Below are positions 61,181 through 64,000 of a stretch of 64,000 bases of DNA, piece by piece. Location of the stretch: assembly GCA_964639595.1 (NCBI GenBank), contig CAZXEC010000001.1:326903-390902 (forward strand), written 5' to 3'. Position numbers and translations under genes: made by a program. The notes below the pieces were generated by a model. That model did not search any database. It was not told the DNA's origin and saw only the letters and a list, made by a program, of their open reading frames with translations. Positions within the stretch are counted from its first letter, which is position 1, and each line of letters begins with the position of its first letter. Source of the stretch: an uncultured Gammaproteobacteria bacterium. GTDB taxonomy: Bacteria > Patescibacteriota > Microgenomatia > CAZXEC01.

Positions 61181-62023
61181 ATGACTGTATCGGTGATAAT
61201 CCCCGCGTTTAATGAGCAGGATACGATTGTCAGATGCCTGTTCAGCTTAAAAGATCAGACTTTTCCACCCTTGGAAATTATTGTGGTGGATGATGGATCA
61301 AATGATGATACTTTCTCTCAAATGCAGAAACTTAAAGACAGCCTGGTCTACTTAAAAATACTGCAGCAGGCACATCAAGGTCCTGCCAAAGCCCGCAATT
61401 TGGCAGCCAGTTATGCCCAGGGGGATATTCTGGTATTTGTTGATGCCGACATGGAGTTTGACCGGCATTTTTTAGAAATGCTGACCAGCCCAATTATAAA
61501 TGGCACGAGCCAGGGGACTTGGACGAAGGAAGAAAAAGTGGCCAACTGGGATAATCTTTGGGCCAGAATGTGGAATTTAAATGAGGGCTGGCCAGAAAAA
61601 AGCAGGATTGCCGTTAATGCGTCAGACAAGGGGACTGACTTTCGGGCAATTGTCAAAAGTGAATTTGACAGAGTCGGCGGCTTTGATGATATCGGCTACA
61701 CAGATGTTTACACCTTAGCTAGAAAGCTGGGCTATCAGCCGCAAGCAGCTCCAGGTGCTATCTGCTATCACTATAATCCAGACAGCCTGACAGAGGTTTG
61801 GGTACAAGCCAGATGGATTGGAAAAAACGAATTTATTTCCGGTAATTTTATCAGGCGGATTTGGTCTCTTTGGCGTTATGGGATAGTCAACTCTTTGCTG
61901 GTGGCATTTACAAAATCAATTATTACTATTCAGCCGGCTTTTGTGCCTTTTAAATTAACCTATGATTTAGGCATCTGGTGTTCTGTAGTTTTGTCATTTT
62001 GGGGGGAGCCGAAAATAAAATGA
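61181..62023 (+). CDS. Glycosyltransferase family 2
   Basis: VSVIIPAFNEQDTI..IIVVDDGSNDDT, and DADMEF (DXD). Confidence 0.75.
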   Translation: MTVSVIIPAFNEQDTIVRCLFSLKDQTFPPLEIIVVDDGSNDDTFSQMQKLKDSLVYLKILQQAHQGPAKARNLAASYAQGDILVFVDADMEFDRHFLEMLTSPIINGTSQGTWTKEEKVANWDNLWARMWNLNEGWPEKSRIAVNASDKGTDFRAIVKSEFDRVGGFDDIGYTDVYTLARKLGYQPQAAPGAICYHYNPDSLTEVWVQARWIGKNEFISGNFIRRIWSLWRYGIVNSLLVAFTKSIITIQPAFVPFKLTYDLGIWCSVVLSFWGEPKIK

Positions 62024-63444
62024 TTGCTCAAATAAAAACACATTGGCTGATTCTGTCAGTGTTGGCACTGGCTGTGGTATTGAGGCTCATCAACATTAAC
62101 CAGTCTGTCTGGTTGGACGAAGCAATTAATATCATGGCTGTTAAAAATTATGATGTGGGATTTTTGATCACGGATTATAGCATAGGAGATCTGCATCCGC
62201 CTCTATATCATCTCTTACTCAAAAACTGGACACAAATTTTTGGATATTCAGAAATTGCCGTCAGGTTGTTATCAGTAGTTTTCGGTACCATATCAGTTTT
62301 TTTGATATATAGTTTAGGGCAGCTGATCTTTGATAAAAAAACAGCGCTGATTTCGGCGTTTCTCTTGGCTATCTCTGGTCTGCATATTTATTATTCCCAA
62401 GAAGCCAGGATGTATGCTTTGGCTGCCATGCTGGTGCTTTTTTCCATGACCGGATTTGTGCAAATTTTGGGCCGGTTTTCTGACAAACTATTTGCCTGGG
62501 TATTTTATATTGTTTCCACTGTTTTGGTGCTGTATGCTGATTATCTGCCGTATTTCCTGTTTGCAACGTATAATCTTTATGTCGTTTTTAACAAAGCCAG
62601 TTTAGGCAAGAAATGGTTGCTGGCTTGGTGTTTGAGTCAAGCAGTCATCGTCCTATCCCTATTGCCCTGGCTGTCTGTTTTTGTTAAACAACTCTCCACT
62701 GGTTTACAAGCAGCACAAAATGTACCGGAATGGGGTCAGGTAGTAGGTGCAGCATCACTAAAAGCGCTGGCTTTGGTACCGCTTAAATTTATTATTGGTC
62801 GAGTCACAATCGACGATAAAATTATCTATACTATTTTGGCAGCCTCCGTAATTCTAGTGTGCAGTTTTATATCTATCAGAACTCTTCGAGATTGGCCCAA
62901 AACTAAATTATTATGGTATTGGTTGGTAATTCCAGCACTTTTGGCGTATTTGGTAGCTTTTTGGATTCCTATTTTTACCTATTTCAGATTCTTATTTGTA
63001 TTGCCGGCGTTTATCTTGCTTATTTCCAAGGGGATATCAATGTTTCCCCAAAAAGCCCAAACAATATTAACAGTAACAACAACTGCCATTTTTTTTGTAT
63101 CATCATTGTTTTATTTAGCGACCCCCAGATTTTGGAGGGAAAATTGGCGGGACGCTGTATCTTATGTTAAAGGCGCTCAAGTTGACAGGAGCGCGGTGGT
63201 TTTCGTCACCGATTACCAAACTGCCCCCTATCAATATTATGGGGCGCCGGTTACTTATTATGGACCAGTCGGCTGGCAAAATCGTGACTTCGACCAGATT
63301 TTCCTGATGCGCTATGTCCAGCCCATATTTGATCCCCAGGATAAATTAAGGCAAAATATAGAAAAGGCTGACTATTCTAAAGTCGAAGAAGTTGATTTTA
63401 ACGGAGTGACGATCTGGCGCTATGTTAAAGTCAGAAAATTATGA
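62020..63444 (+). CDS. GT-C membrane glycosyltransferase, ArnT/GT39-like
   Basis: WLDEAINIMA (DE loop) and DLHPPLYHLL; more than 10 TM helices. The start is set at the ATG overlapping the upstream stop. Confidence 0.65.
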   Translation: MIAQIKTHWLILSVLALAVVLRLININQSVWLDEAINIMAVKNYDVGFLITDYSIGDLHPPLYHLLLKNWTQIFGYSEIAVRLLSVVFGTISVFLIYSLGQLIFDKKTALISAFLLAISGLHIYYSQEARMYALAAMLVLFSMTGFVQILGRFSDKLFAWVFYIVSTVLVLYADYLPYFLFATYNLYVVFNKASLGKKWLLAWCLSQAVIVLSLLPWLSVFVKQLSTGLQAAQNVPEWGQVVGAASLKALALVPLKFIIGRVTIDDKIIYTILAASVILVCSFISIRTLRDWPKTKLLWYWLVIPALLAYLVAFWIPIFTYFRFLFVLPAFILLISKGISMFPQKAQTILTVTTTAIFFVSSLFYLATPRFWRENWRDAVSYVKGAQVDRSAVVFVTDYQTAPYQYYGAPVTYYGPVGWQNRDFDQIFLMRYVQPIFDPQDKLRQNIEKADYSKVEEVDFNGVTIWRYVKVRKL

Positions 63445-64000
63445 AGATAGGTATTGATGTATCACAAATAATTTATGGTACCGGTGTATCGAACTACACT
63501 AAAAATCTGGTCACATCACTGATTGCTCAAGATGATGCTAACCAATACGTGCTGTTTGGCTCTTCATTGAGACAATTCGGGCAGTTTTCCAAATTAATTC
63601 CCTCTAAAACTAACATTACTGCCAAATTCTACCCTTTTCCACCCAGAGTCTTGGATTTGATTTGGAATCAATTGCATATTATCCCTGTTGAAAACCTGAT
63701 TGGGCCAGTTGATATTTTTCATTCATCTGACTGGACTCAACCTCCCACCAAGAGAGCTGGCAAAATTACCACCATCCACGACTTGTCACCACTGGTGGTA
63801 CCGGAGCTGACACCACCATCGACACTTAAGACGCACAGAAGAAGGCTGCAGTGGGTCAAAAAAGAAGCAGATTTGGTGATTGCTGTATCGGAGGCTACCA
63901 AGAGTGATATTGTCAAATATTTATCAATTCCTCCAGAGAGAATTAGAGTCATCCATGAAGCTCCTGACCCGGTATTTAGTCCTGTTGGCAACACCCAGGT
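63441..64000 (+). CDS. Glycosyltransferase family 4 N-terminal domain, 3'-truncated at the window edge
   Basis: Open frame from the ATG at 63441 (ATGA overlap with the upstream stop) to the end of the window: MKIGIDVSQIIYGTGVSNYTKNL... It is absent from the ORF track because it has no stop. Confidence 0.6.
   Translation, partial: MKIGIDVSQIIYGTGVSNYTKNLVTSLIAQDDANQYVLFGSSLRQFGQFSKLIPSKTNITAKFYPFPPRVLDLIWNQLHIIPVENLIGPVDIFHSSDWTQPPTKRAGKITTIHDLSPLVVPELTPPSTLKTHRRRLQWVKKEADLVIAVSEATKSDIVKYLSIPPERIRVIHEAPDPVFSPVGNTQ

Overview
The window is almost entirely one contiguous cell-surface glycan biosynthesis and assembly island. It runs from about 0.7 kb to the window end, in a low-GC (~38%), very compact genome where many start codons overlap the preceding stop. 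A 5'-truncated transaldolase/F6P-aldolase family gene at 2..670 appears to mark housekeeping DNA at the left edge. The remaining ~50 genes fall into three groups. (1) Nucleotide-sugar precursor enzymes: a UDP-sugar dehydrogenase, a Gfo/Idh/MocA oxidoreductase, an SDR epimerase, GDP-L-fucose synthase, and a 4,6-dehydratase followed by two DegT-family aminotransferases. (2) Cytoplasmic glycosyltransferases (about 7 GT2 and 5 GT4), including two polyprenyl-phosphate-sugar synthase-like GT2s, one GtrB/ArnC-like and one DPM1-like. (3) About 13 large polytopic GT-C-type membrane glycosyltransferases in paralogous families. Five are ArnT/PMT-like. Three are tandem 900-950 aa proteins with a GT-C-like N-terminus fused to a C-terminal F5/8 type C (discoidin) domain, plus one shorter relative without that domain. 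Three are tandem 890-1050 aa YfhO/AftD-like proteins. One is DUF2029/GT87-like. A Wzx-like flippase is also present. Decoration enzymes are unusually numerous: seven class I SAM methyltransferases plus one decayed fragment, two NodU/CmcH-type carbamoyltransferases, a GNAT acetyltransferase, a membrane-anchored SGNH hydrolase, and a fold-type III PLP decarboxylase. A GC-elevated two-gene module (a hypothetical protein and fcl) sits around a perfect 27-nt palindrome in a divergent promoter. I found no rRNA, tRNA, CRISPR array or obvious transposase. The most interesting feature is the density and triplication of extracytoplasmic GT-C enzymes, some fused to lectin-like domains, alongside lipid-linked sugar donor synthases. 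This looks like an undescribed lipid-carrier-dependent surface glycan, lipoglycan or protein glycosylation system with heavy methyl and carbamoyl decoration. All functional calls come from motif recognition by eye; I could not run searches.
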